Positions 39,458 through 57,376 of a DNA stretch of 64,000 nucleotides are shown here, one piece after another. The notes beneath the pieces were generated by a model. It searched no databases. It was given only the letters and a program-made list of their open reading frames with translations, and was not told the DNA's origin. The translations under genes and the position numbers were made by a program. Position 1 is the stretch's first letter; every line of letters begins with the position of its first letter. The stretch is from Dictyostelium discoideum (lineage: Eukaryota), in assembly GCA_000004695.1 (NCBI GenBank), contig CM000151.3, positions 2,912,001-2,976,000 of the forward strand, in the 5' to 3' direction.

Positions 39458-41000
39458 ATGATACGATTAGTATATAATAATTTTCGAAAACTTCCAAAAA
39501 CGCTTTTAATACCATCATTCCAAAAACAACCACATCCCATACATTTTAATTTCAACAAAAAACATTTTTTTACTACTATTAATAATAATAATACCAATGA
39601 AACAATATTAACAACTGAAAATACCCCCACCAATTTAACCCCAAATAATAATAATAAAATAATAATTAAAAATACTGAAGATGAAATTAAAGAAACAATA
39701 TTTTCTGTTCAAAGGTTTTTATTTATTTATTTATTATTTTTTTTTAGAAAATAATATTAATAATTTTCTTTTTTCTTTTTTCTTTTTATTTTTTTTTTTT
39801 TATTTTTTTTTACTTTTAATAATAAAGGGAATTAAATATTATAGAATTAAATGATTGGTATAATGTTAATATTACAAAAATATTTTCAGAGAATAAAGAA
39901 CTTAAAAATAGTGAAATTAGTAAACCAATTTTAAAATTACAACAAATATTTAGAGATAATTTTGAATATTCATTTTATGAGATGTTAAAATTTGCATACC
40001 CTAAAGAAGAATGGGATAGAGTTAAATTGGTAAAATCAATTGATAGGAATAAATATTTTTGGTTAAATCAAGATAATATTGATTCTTTTATTCAATCTTT
40101 TACAACTGATATGAAATTCGATCAAACTCATCGTAAATTTGATAGGTTTCGATATAGTGATGAAAATGAAACTGATAATGAATATCTTAAACAATGGTAT
40201 AAAGTTCAAAAAAATGATTTTATAAAATTTAAAGGTCGTCCAATAATTGCACAATTTAATGATTCAATTTATGGTTTTCTTTGTAGTTATTATCCAAATT
40301 ATAATTTTAAACCTTGGTTATTTACATCAGCTCCAAGGTATACCTTATTTATTATTAATTTATTATTAATTAATTATTTATTAATTTATTAATTATTTAT
40401 TAATTTTTTTATTATTATTTTTTATTATTTATTAGAAATTTTTGGAAACCAATTGAAAATCAAAAACAATATTTACAATGGTTAGGTAAACAAATAGGAT
40501 TCACAGAATATAACCATTGGTATGGTATTGGTAAAAATGATTTTGTTAAAAATAATGGATCATCTTTATTATTATTATATAATGGATCACCAGCAAAAGT
40601 GATTATAGAAGTTTTTAAAGATGATTATGATTGGAAAGTTTGGAAATTTAATAATTTACCAATATTAAATGATAATAAAAATAATGTTGATAATAATAAT
40701 GATAATAATAAAAATAATAAAATTGAAGAAATTAAAGATGAATTAAAAACTTTAAGAGAATTTTTTAAATTTGCAGGAGAATATTATAATATTTTAGATA
40801 TTAAAGATTGGTATAGAGTTTCAAATTCACAAATTCAATATATTGGTGGATCACAACTTGTTAAAAAACATGGTGGATTATTTAATTGTTTAGAGATTTT
40901 ATATCCAGAAGAGAAATGGGATTATCATATTTATTCACAACCTGGTAAAAAATCATCACAACGTTTATTATCAATTTATTTAAATCATTTATTTATTCAA

Positions 41001-41035
<35 letters not shown>

Positions 41036-41407
41036 TAATAATAATATTGAAATATTTGAAGATTATAGACATCCAAATTTAAAATATCAACAATTAAGTA
41101 ATCATTCATTTCATTTAGATTTTTTTATACCTCAATTATCATTAGCATTTGAATATCAAGGTAAACAACATTATATGGATGTTCCACGTTTTGGTGATTC
41201 TACAATATATCAAAATCGTGATAATGAAAAAAGATTAATTTGTAAGAATAATAATATCACAATCATTGAAATTCCATTTTGGTGGGATAATCAAATTGAA
41301 TCTTTAATTGGTACAATTATCACTGAATTACCAAATTTAAAAGATCAATTATTAATAAATTATAAAAATTATTTATTAAATTATAAAAAAAATAATAATC
41401 AAATTAT

Positions 41408-41438
<31 letters not shown>

Positions 41439-41693
41439 CAAATTATTAATAATAAAAATGATAATAATAATAATAATAATAATAATGGTGATAATGGTGA
41501 TAATGGTGATAATAATAAAAATAAAAATAATAATAATAATAATAATTTAAAAAATATTAATGATAATAATAATAATAATGATAATAATAATAAAAATGGT
41601 AATAATAATCAAATTGATTTTGACACTTTTTTACCAATATCAAAAACACCACAAAAGGTTAGTAATCGTAAAAGACTTTTCAATAAAGAATGA
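39458..41693 (+). CDS. RAP-domain (PD-(D/E)xK, Vsr-like) protein with three upstream tandem ~55-aa repeats and a basic N-terminal presequence; probably an organellar RNA-binding protein. Three exons: 39458-39714, 39828-40337, 40434-41693.
   Basis: C-terminal block HLDFFIPQLSLAFEYQGKQHYMDVPRFGDSTIYQNRDNEKRLICKNNNITIIEIPFWWDNQ fits the RAP/DUF559-type module (..DF..P...L.IE.DG..H.......D..R...L...G..V..IP..EW). Repeats: NDWYNVNITKIF...FAYPKEEWDRVKL; NHWYGIGKNDFVKNNGSSLLLLYNGSPAKVIIEVFKDDYDWKVWKF; KDWYRVSNSQIQYIGGSQLVKKHGGLFNCLEILYPEEKWDYHIYS. The N-terminus MIRLVYNNFRKLPKTLLIPSFQKQPHPIHF is basic and lacks acidic residues. Introns are in phase. Confidence 0.6.
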
Positions 41694-41807
41694 TTTTTGA
41701 ATAAATCTAAAATTTAATCTTAAACAAAAGAAAAAAAAGTGGTTGGAAAATTTTTTTTAATTTATTTATTTGTTTAAAGAATAAAACAAATATATTATTT
41801 TTATTTC

Positions 41808-41838
<31 letters not shown>

Positions 41839-42865
41839 TTAAAATAATCTTTTAACTATAGTACTCAAATAAATAAAAAAATAAATAAAAAGTCATAAAA
41901 GAATAAAATTAAGGTTTGGAGAAAAAAAAAAAAAAAAAAAAAAATTTATTTATTTTTTTATTTATTTATTTTACAACCAATTATAACCACCATTAGATTT
42001 AAAAATTTTTTAATAAAAATTATAATATTTATTAACTTTTTGATTTATTTGAAATCAATGATTATTAATATAAATATAGCACCATTAACCACTTATCCCA
42101 CAATAAAATAAAATATAAAAACTAAACCATGTAATCTTTATTTCCATCTCTATCAATTGCGATAGATAAATCTGATTGAGTTTTTTTTTTTTTTTTTTTT
42201 TGTTTTTTTTTTCCTTTTTTCATTTTCTTTTTTTTATTAAAAAGGTGAAGACGGTAATACCAATAAAAGCAATTGTAAGTTTTTTGTAAATAAGATAAAT
42301 TATATATAATTAACAATTATTTAATATTTTTTTAAAGATACAAAATGGTGCATGTATTACCATTTTTATTTAATTTATTTTATTTTTTTTTTATTTTATT
42401 TTATTTTTTATGAACCTAGTGCGTGTGTGTATGTGTGTGGTTATTAATTTGATATAACCCACCCAGAATATCTAAATAAGCCAGTTGTTTTACCTTTTCT
42501 TTTTTTAATTTCCTTTTTATTTTTTTTAAATTTTTCATTTTTCATTTTCGAAATGACTTTCCCACATTATCTTATTTTTTTTTCCATTATTTTTTTTATT
42601 TGCAAATAAAATTTTTTTTTTTTTTTTTTTTTTTTTAATTTTTTTTATTTTTTTTTTATTTTTTTGGTATTTTTTTTTTTGTATAAAATTCACCTCTTTC
42701 ATATTCTCTCCTCTGCAATATAAATTTTTTGTTTAACAAATTTTTTTTTTTTTTAATGTTTTTTTAAATATTAATTATAATTTTAATTTAAAATAGAAAA
42801 TAAAAAATTAAAAAAAAAAAAAAAAAAAAAAAACGCACATTTTACTTTTGCACAAATTAAAAAGG

Positions 42866-42903
<38 letters not shown>

Positions 42904-43220
42904 GAAATCAATTAAACAATACATTTCGCAATATTTATTATAATTGTAATATTACATTAACAAAAGATAAAGTAGAGGGAAATAAAGGATATAAATAGAA
43001 AAAGAAGGAGAAGAAGTGGTGCGTAGTTAAATTATTATTATAATTTTATATTATAATAAAAAGATAATTTATTTATTGGTCATAATAATTTTACTTTTAA
43101 TATAATAACTTTTATAATTAAAAAAAAAAAAAAAAAAAAAAAAACAAAAACAAAAAAGTATATATTAAATAAATTTAAAAAAACACGCGTGTATATCCCC
43201 ATATATATATACGAAAAGAA

Positions 43221-47208
<3,988 letters not shown>

Positions 47209-47460
47209 TTATAATTTTAATAATTATAAATTCTATTTTTCTTTTTTTTATTTATGTTTAAATAAAAAAAAAAAGTAAAGTTATTTATAACTTTTTTAGT
47301 TTGATTTTTTTTTATTATCTTTTTTTTTTTTTTTATTAATCTTTTTTTTTTTTTTTTTTTTGTTTATTTTTTATTTTTTATTATATGTCATATTTTATTT
47401 GTTTTATAAATTATTTGGTATTAATTTTTTATTATTTTTTTTTTTTTAAAGTACTTTGCT

Positions 47461-49113
<1,653 letters not shown>

Positions 49114-49236
49114 TTTTTATTTTTTAATTAAAAAAAAATATATATATATAATTTTAAAGTAGTTTAAAGTGACTGGTTGTGTGCTGAGAAAAATAAATTG
49201 AAAAATTTTGAAAATAAAAAAAAAATTTGAAAAAAA

Positions 49237-49284
<48 letters not shown>

Positions 49285-49761
49285 AAGATAATATATTGTG
49301 AAAAACGAAAAAAATTGATTAATTGTTTTTATTTTTTTTATTTTTTTATTTTTTTTTTTTTTTCCTTTTTTTTGTTTTATACTGGGACTTTGTGTTTTGA
49401 TTAAAAAAAAAAAAAAAAAAAAGAAAAAAAGAAATAAAAATAGTCAAATGAAAAAAAACCAAAATTAAAATTTTAAAAATTATTTTCATTTTTTGGCCTG
49501 GTTATTTTTAACCAGGAAATTAAAAAAAAAAAATTAAATTAATTTTGGTTTTTAAATAGAAAAGATTTTTAATAAAAAAAAAAAAAAAAATAAAAAAAAA
49601 AAAAAATAAAAAAAAAGATTTGTTTGAAAAATTAGTAATAGCACCTTTTGTTTTACTATTGACTTTTATTTGGTTATTATTTTATTATTATTATTATTAT
49701 TTTTTAAAAAATAATTATTATTTAGTTTAAATGTACAGAATGATAATATTGAGCTAGATTA

Positions 49762-50361
49762 TTAAATATAAATAGGATGATAAGGTTTTTTTCCATGCAA
49801 TTTTGCATTGCAGACCGGACAGCTTTTTTTCTTTTTTAAGGCATTGACGATACAATCAGAGCAAAATATATGCCCACAAAGAGTTGAGACATATGGCTTT
49901 GTATCTTCAAAACAAATTGGACATTCCAAATTTTTTGATTTTTTATCACCGCCATTGGATTGCGTATCAATTGCTTTCTTTGATTCATTTTCTTTTTCCA
50001 TTTCTTTTTGAAGTTTCCAAAGTTCTGAATTTTCAGATATCGAGGATAATGATGAGTTACCTTGTTTTTCGAGTATATGAATTACCTCTGGTTTAGTTGT
50101 TTGGATGGATGCTGTTGCAGTAGTGTTGTTGTTATTGCTATTATTGTTATTTCTGACAGCTGAACGATTTGTGCCAACCAAAGATTGACGATTTGTTGGT
50201 CTAAAAAATGAGTCGTCGCTTGAGTCACTATTGCGGTCCCTACCACCAAACCCAAAACTAATGTCAATATTTTCATCAAAAAGATCCTCTGGACTAATTG
50301 GGAATTGATTTCTACGATCAAAGTGAACATCATCATCATCATCGTCTTCATCATCATCGTC

Positions 50362-50394
<33 letters not shown>

Positions 50395-51492
50395 GTCATC
50401 GTCGGTATCAAAATTATGATAATGTTTTCTCTTTTTTAAACTATTACCACCATTACCATTATTACCAATAGGGCCATTTCCTACAGCACTACCACTATGA
50501 TTATTAAAAATGTTTAATACTATTGGAAATTGTTGTTGAGATGGTGGTGGTGGTGGCTGATGTTGTGTTCTAGAATTAAAGAAACTATTATTTCTAAAAA
50601 AAGTAAAGTCATTCGCTTGTCTATTAAGGAATCTATTATTACTATTATTATTACTATTATTATTTCTATCATTATTATGATTATTATTATTATTAGCTAA
50701 ACGTGTTGCTGTCAGTACTAAAACTGGTGATTGTGGTGGAGAAAGAGTAAGATCCACAACTCTGTCATATAAAAAAAAAAAAAAAATTAATAAATCAATG
50801 TCAACAAAAACCGTGGTGTATATTATAACTTACTCTTTATCTTGATTGTTGTTTTGGTTATTTACATTTGTGGTGGTGGTAGTGGTAGTTGTGGAAGTTT
50901 CAGTAGTTTCAGTATTTGAAATAGGTGTGGGTTTATCATTATCATTTTCACCATCATCATCTTCATCATCTTCATCATCATCACTCAAATCTATAATAAC
51001 TACCTGTCTACTTGATTGGCGTTGATTCTGTTTTTCACCCTCTTTTTTGATATTAAGGTCTATTTGTTGTGATTGTTGTGATTGTTGTGATTGTTGTGAT
51101 TGTTGTGATTGTTGTTCCTCTTCTTTATTTTGTTCTCCATTTTGTTGTTCATTTTCTTCATTATGTTGTTCATTTTCTCTATTTTCTTGTTTCTCCTCTA
51201 CATTTTGCTTCACCTCTTCATTTTGTTTCTCCTCTTCATTTTGTTTCACCTCTTCATTTTGTTTCTCCTCTTCATTTTTTTTCTCCTCTTCATTTTGTTG
51301 TATTGGGTTCTTCACACCAAATGCGAAATCCTCTTGTGGGTTTTCATGTTGAACTAATTGAGAGGTACCATGAGCAATTGTTTTATTTTTATCATCTTTT
51401 TGTTGCTTATTTTCTTCATCTATCTGCCTATCCATCAATTCAAATATATCATTTAAAATTTCGGGTATATCTTGTGATGTTTGGCTGTCCAT
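49762..51492 (-). CDS. RNF4-like SUMO-targeted ubiquitin ligase (STUbL): N-terminal SUMO-interaction motifs with acidic runs, C-terminal C3HC4 RING. Two exons: 50834-51492 and 49762-50761.
   Basis: RING finger at the extreme C-terminus, ECPICFEDTKPYVSTLCGHIFCSDCIVNALKKKKSCPVCNAKLHGKKPYHPIYI*, ends in the same HPIYI tail as metazoan RNF4. SIM-like hydrophobic cores sit next to acidic stretches: VVIIDLSDDDEDDEDDD, PVLVLTAT, FPIVLNIF, EVIHILEK plus a D20 run. The intron GA|GTAAGT...ACAG|A is in phase 2. Confidence 0.7.
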
Positions 51493-51681
51493 TTTATAAT
51501 AATATTATTTTATTATTATTTAATATATACTTTTAATATTAGATGATATCTTTAATTCTGTATAACTTGTAAACTTGGTTTTTATAATTTGAAGGTGTGA
51601 AACATTTATTGTGTATATTTTTTTTTAATTTTTATCTTTTGAAATATCTCTTTGAAAAATTCAAGTTTGAAAAAATATGAG

Positions 51682-51712
<31 letters not shown>

Positions 51713-52189
51713 ATTTTAAAAAAATTTTTTTTGTATTTATTTTTATTTTTATTTAATTTTTTTTTTTTTTATTTTTATTTTTTTTTATTTTTTTTTCTGA
51801 CCCATAAATAGTAGTTCGATTTATTCCAAGCATTGTTGGAAGAAAGAAAAAAAAAAAAACAATAAAATAACCAACTTGGTTCATTTCCAATATTTTGAAA
51901 GTTTTTTTGATTATAAAAAAAAAAAAAAAAAAACCATAAATAAAGTTTAGTCCAACCACAAAATTTTTAATTAACAAAAACATAGCCCGGCTTTTAAAAG
52001 CCACAATTTATTACAAAAAAAAAAAAAAGACAGAAAATTAAAATATGGAAATTGTATTTTTTTTTAAAATTTTTTTGTTTTTTTATTTTTTTTATTTATT
52101 TATTTATTATATTAATAATAATTATTATTATTAATTTTATAAATTGGTAATTATAATAGTACATGGGTTTTTCTTTTTTTTTTTTTTTT

Positions 52190-52239
<50 letters not shown>

Positions 52240-52373
52240 AAATTTATATTGTACAGAAGTTTAGGGAAAAAAATCACATCGTGAATTAATTTGTTTTTTA
52301 AATTTTTACAAATAATTAAATATATATACTTGGTTTTTTAATTTTTTTTTTTTTTTTCTTTTTTTTTTTATAA

Positions 52374-53274
52374 TCAATTATTTCCTTGACCATTTGTTGA
52401 AGTGGAAATTTGAATATTTTGCATTTCAACAGTCTGTTTTTCTTCATCAGATGATGATAAAGAAGATGAAGATGAACCTTCATCATTATAATTTTGTTGT
52501 AAACCATAATTATTATTTAGATTTTGTTGATTATTTACCATATTTGGATGTCTTTCCAAAGAACATTGCTCCATATCGGAACTACATTGCACATCATCAC
52601 CAGTTGGATGACCACCCATAGTTTTACCAGAAGTACCACGACTTGAACTATATGGTGATGGATTGTTATTGTTTTTATTCTTTTCCAATTTCTTTTGTAC
52701 ATCAGTAAAGTAACCAAAGAATGTGAAAACTGTTAAAATCTTTGCACCAAAATAACGCCACATTAATGGATTATTATAGATAAATGTGACAGATGCCCAA
52801 AAACCATGGGATACACTCAAATAGGTGTGGAGAATATTGAGTGCTGGTGGAAACATATTTAAACCATTTACAATACGATTAACAACTGCAAATACCCAAC
52901 AAACAAGGAAAACTATGATATAGTTGATCAATTTGAATTGGTATGTTAAATGTTTCTCTTTATTATCACTAACACCATTATGAATAACAACATAGGTATA
53001 ACGTGATGTTAAACCAACCAATACTGCTGAAATTGCCCAAATAAATAAGAATGGACCATAGAATAACCCAAATCTATATCCAGTGAAACTTACACCAATC
53101 CAACACCAATTACCAACAAATTGTACTGTATTTTTTGCCAACATAACAATTGTTGAAATTAATGGTAAACCCCAACATAATAAATAATAATATTTTTCAA
53201 ATCTTTCTGGTTCTGGTTCTCTTTTTACAATTAACATATAAATACTAATTGCTAAAAAAAAAAATTTTTAAGAG

Positions 53275-53307
<33 letters not shown>

Positions 53308-53343
53308 AGCACATTTTCAAATAATCTGATCAAATCTTTTTTT

Positions 53344-53383
<40 letters not shown>

Positions 53384-53695
53384 TTTAAACTTACCAAGAC
53401 ATAAAGTCCACAACCAACATGCAAAACTACCATATGTAATTACAATTGCATATAAATAACAAGGGAAACCACCATTGACAGCTGTATTTGTTAAAGTTAA
53501 AATTGTTGAAGGAAAATCTTTACAAAAGGAGGTAGCACAAAAACATGCAATTACTTTTGTAACATGATTACGCAAAAGTTTTAATCTCCAAAAACCAATC
53601 AACACTGCCATACAACCCAACATTGAAGAAAAATCGGCAAATAATAATAAAACCAATGATGTTTCATTGGCTGGATTTCCATCTAAAAGACCCAT
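52374..53695 (-). CDS. carA: cAMP receptor cAR1 (7-TM GPCR of the cAR/Crl family). Two exons: 53395-53695 and 52374-53251, giving exactly 392 aa.
   Basis: The N-terminus [61 protein letters not shown] and the remaining TM helices match my memory of D. discoideum cAR1. A single phase-1 intron (CTT G|GTAAGT...TTTTAG|CA) joins ...WTLCLA|[17 protein letters not shown]. The Ser-rich C-terminal tail [11 protein letters not shown] is the known phosphorylation cluster. Confidence 0.8.
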
Positions 53696-54158
53696 TTTAT
53701 TTTTTTATTTATATATATATATGTGTGAAAAATCTAGATAGTTTATGTATGTGATTGTATTTTAAATAATTTTTTTTTTTTTTTTTTTATTGTATTAATA
53801 CAAATTATTTTTTTAAATTTAGCGTTCTATAATTATTTGAAAATAAAAGAAAAGAGAGGAAAAAAAAAAATAATAATAAAAAATATGTGTAAAAAAAAAA
53901 ATAAGAAAAAAAAAAAAATAATATAATATAAAATAAAGAAAATAAAAATAAAAAAAAAAAAATAGATTAATATTTTGTAAATTGTGATTGAAAAAAAAAT
54001 TTTATTTTATTTTTTTCAATTTTTTTTTATTTTAATTGATTAATCACCTTTCAATCTCGATTGATTGAAAAAAAAATAAAAAAAAATTGGATAATCTACA
54101 AAAGTTTTTATTTTTTTTTGAAAGTTTGAGACCAAAGTTTTTTATAATAAACAATATA

Positions 54159-54194
<36 letters not shown>

Positions 54195-55655
54195 TAATAA
54201 TTTGGTTGTTTAGAATTTTATATAATGTGGAGTGTAGTGGTGGTGAACGAAGATGAAAGAAGGGGTGATTTTTTATTTATATTGTAAATAAATTTTTTTA
54301 TTCGATATAAAATGGTTTTAATTAATTTAAATTAATATCAAACAATAAAAAAAAAAAAAAAAAATTATGTAATATAAAAAAATAAAAAAAAAAAAAAAAA
54401 ATTAAAATTAAAAAAAAATTAAAAAAATAATTAATTAAAAAATATTTAATAAAATAATTTAAAAACCATAGTATCACAATTATTATTGAATCAAATAAAT
54501 TGAATCTTGGTAGTTAAAAAAAAAAGCCCACTTTTGATGTGTGGTTTGTAGTGGTAAATTATTTGTGTGTTTAAATATTATTGTGTGAGTGGTGTGGGTG
54601 AAAAAAAAAAAAATCCACATTCAAAAAAAAAAAACTTCAAGTGTGTTATTATTATTTTTATTATTATTATTATTATTAATTTAAATCAATTATAATTGAT
54701 ATTTATAGAACCACCCTAAGAAAAAAAAAATTTTATAATCTTTTTTTTTCTTTTTTTTTTCTATAATTTTTAGGGGTATATATATGAACAGGATGTTTTA
54801 TATCTGAGATATGGATATAACCGACAATAAACAAATAATAAATTTTTTTGAAAACAATTTAACAACATAAAAAACAACATACAAAAAAAAAAAAAACCTC
54901 CTTTGAATTGTTATTATTATTATTATTATTATTTATTTTTTTTTATTTTTTATTTTTTTATTGATTATTAAATACAAAAGAATACAAAAGAATCAAAGAA
55001 AAAAATTATTAAAGTGCAACATTTATGATGACGGTTTATAATTATTTGTTATCTCGAATTTTTGATTCTATTTATTAATAATATTAATTACCTTAAATTT
55101 ATTCGATTTATCGTTTTGATTTGATATTAGAGAGAGAGAGAGAGATAAAGTTTTAATTATATTATTATAAAAAGGATTAATTTTTATATTATTTTTTTTA
55201 TAATAAATTTAAATTTTAATTTTAATTTTATTAATTTAGCCTATTGGAAATAATTTGAACCTTTTTATTTTAAATTAAACTTTAATGATAATAATTATTA
55301 AAAAAAAAAAAAAAAAAATTATTTATTTAAAAAAAAAAAAAATAAAAAAAAAAAAAATAAAAAAAAATGATTAAAAAAAAAAGTATTTTTAAAAAAATTT
55401 ATTTTTAAATGTGAATCAAGCTCGAATCTCCATCATAAAATAAAAGGTTAGTAAAAAAAATGAAAATAAAAAAACATATTATATCATTTTGATTGCTGGG
55501 CAAATTAATCATTAGTTCTAAGATTTTTTTTTTTTTTTTTTTTTTTTTAATTTTTAAAAAAAAAAAAAAAAATGTTGTAAGAGCATTACCGTTTCACAAA
55601 ATGAAAAGACACAAAATTGAAATTAAAAATATACAGTGAAATGATTTAGTGAGTA

Positions 55656-55690
<35 letters not shown>

Positions 55691-56487
55691 GTTTAAATTA
55701 TTATAATTTTGTGTGTTTTTAAATAAATAAATTATATTTTTTTTTTTTTTTTAAGTGTCGAATTATTTTCTATTAATATCATCGATAGTGTTGAATGTGG
55801 GTTTATGATCACCCCTCAAACTTTGAAAAAAAAGACTTTTTTTATTTTTTTATTTTTTTTATTTTTTTTTTTATTTTTTTTGAATTTTGATCATTTGTGT
55901 TGATTGATTAATTTTTTTTTTTTTAACTTTTTGATTAAAAAAAAAAATCTTTACTACTCGCTTGATGGTTCCCAGCATCTTTTCATTTTTTACACTCCTA
56001 TAGGTCAAAAAGTCTATAAAAAAAAAATAAAAAAAAAAAAATAAAAAAAAATAAAAAAAAAAAAAAAAAAAAAAAAAAATTAAAAAGAAAAAATAAAATA
56101 AAATAAATAAACAAAGAGTTTTTTTCTAAAGCAAAACATACATTCATTTATTAATTAATAAATAAACTAATTATAATTATTATTATTATTTTAATTTTTT
56201 TTACTTTTAATTTTTTTTTTTTTTTTTATAAAATTTAATTTTTAAAGATTTTAACAAAATACAAAATTTTTGAATAAAACAGTGTAGTGATCTAAAAAAA
56301 GGGGCTTTTTGTTGAATTGATTAATCTATCCTTTTAAATCAGTTACAGTAGTTTGGAAATAATTAAAAATAATATTTTTTTATTTTTGACTATAGATTAA
56401 AAAAAAGGATCACAATTTCCAGATTTTTTTAAATTGTAAAAAACATGTGATTTTGATATAGTATTGAATGTCACATCTATTTTTACA

Positions 56488-56526
<39 letters not shown>

Positions 56527-56958
56527 TTTTGGGGTTTTCAGAAGTTGTTTATTAAAAAAAGAATAGAAATTAAAAAAAAAAATAATAATAAAATAAAAAT
56601 AAAAATTTAAAACATTAAATTAATAATAAATTATTAATTCTATAGAATTTTAAATTAAACAAACCACACCAAAGGCTTATTTTTTTTTTTTTTTTATTAA
56701 AAAATTTAAAAAAAAAAAAAAAAAAAGTGAAGGATAAAATTTTTTTTAAAAAATATTATTTTTATATTATTATTATTTATATTTATATTTAAAAGTATCT
56801 TCATAATAAAACTTTTTTTTTTTTTCACACAAAAAATTAATTTCTACCATTTTTTTAGTGGGGCAAAAAAGTTGATTAAAAGATATTTCATTCAGGGTAA
56901 TAGTTTAGAAAATATCAAAATAACCTCGAATCATAGGCACCCGAATTCCGGGCTTGGA

Positions 56959-56959
<1 letters not shown>

Positions 56960-56989
<30 letters not shown>

Positions 56990-57115
56990 TATCAAATAAT
57001 TTTAAAAAAAAGAAAAAAAGAAAAAATCCAATCAAATAATTTTAAAAAAAAAAAAATCCAATCAAATAATTTTTTAAAAAAAAAAAAAAAAAAAAATCTA
57101 ATCAAATAATTATTT
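56960..57115. repeat. Four tandem copies of an ~22-bp unit AAAAATCCAATCAAATAATTTT, each separated by A runs (period about 30-40 bp).
   Basis: atcctatcaaataatttt / atccaatcaaataatttt / atccaatcaaataatttt / atctaatcaaataatta at 56985, 57026, 57056 and 57096. Confidence 0.8.
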
Positions 57116-57376
57116 TTCAAAATAGAAAATTAATTATTTTTTTTATTATTTATTACATAAAAACCATTTAATACAATTAATATATTATTTTTTGTTTCAA
57201 TTTTTTTTTTTTATTTTTTTTTTATTTTTTTTTTTTATTTATTTATTATTTATTTATTTGTTTATTTATTTGTTTATTTATTTATTTACTTATTAATATA
57301 AATATTTTTGGTAAATTAGTATGATAGATGGTGATTATAAAGTATTTAATTGGTGTAGTGTATGTAATCAATTGAT

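Noticed and set aside
56925-56960. Possible tRNA fragment (tcgaatcataggcacccgaattccgggcttgg resembles a T-arm or acceptor end)
   Set aside because: No upstream D-arm or anticodon arm of matching complementarity, and no intact 72-nt cloverleaf can be drawn. Kept only as an unexplained GC island.
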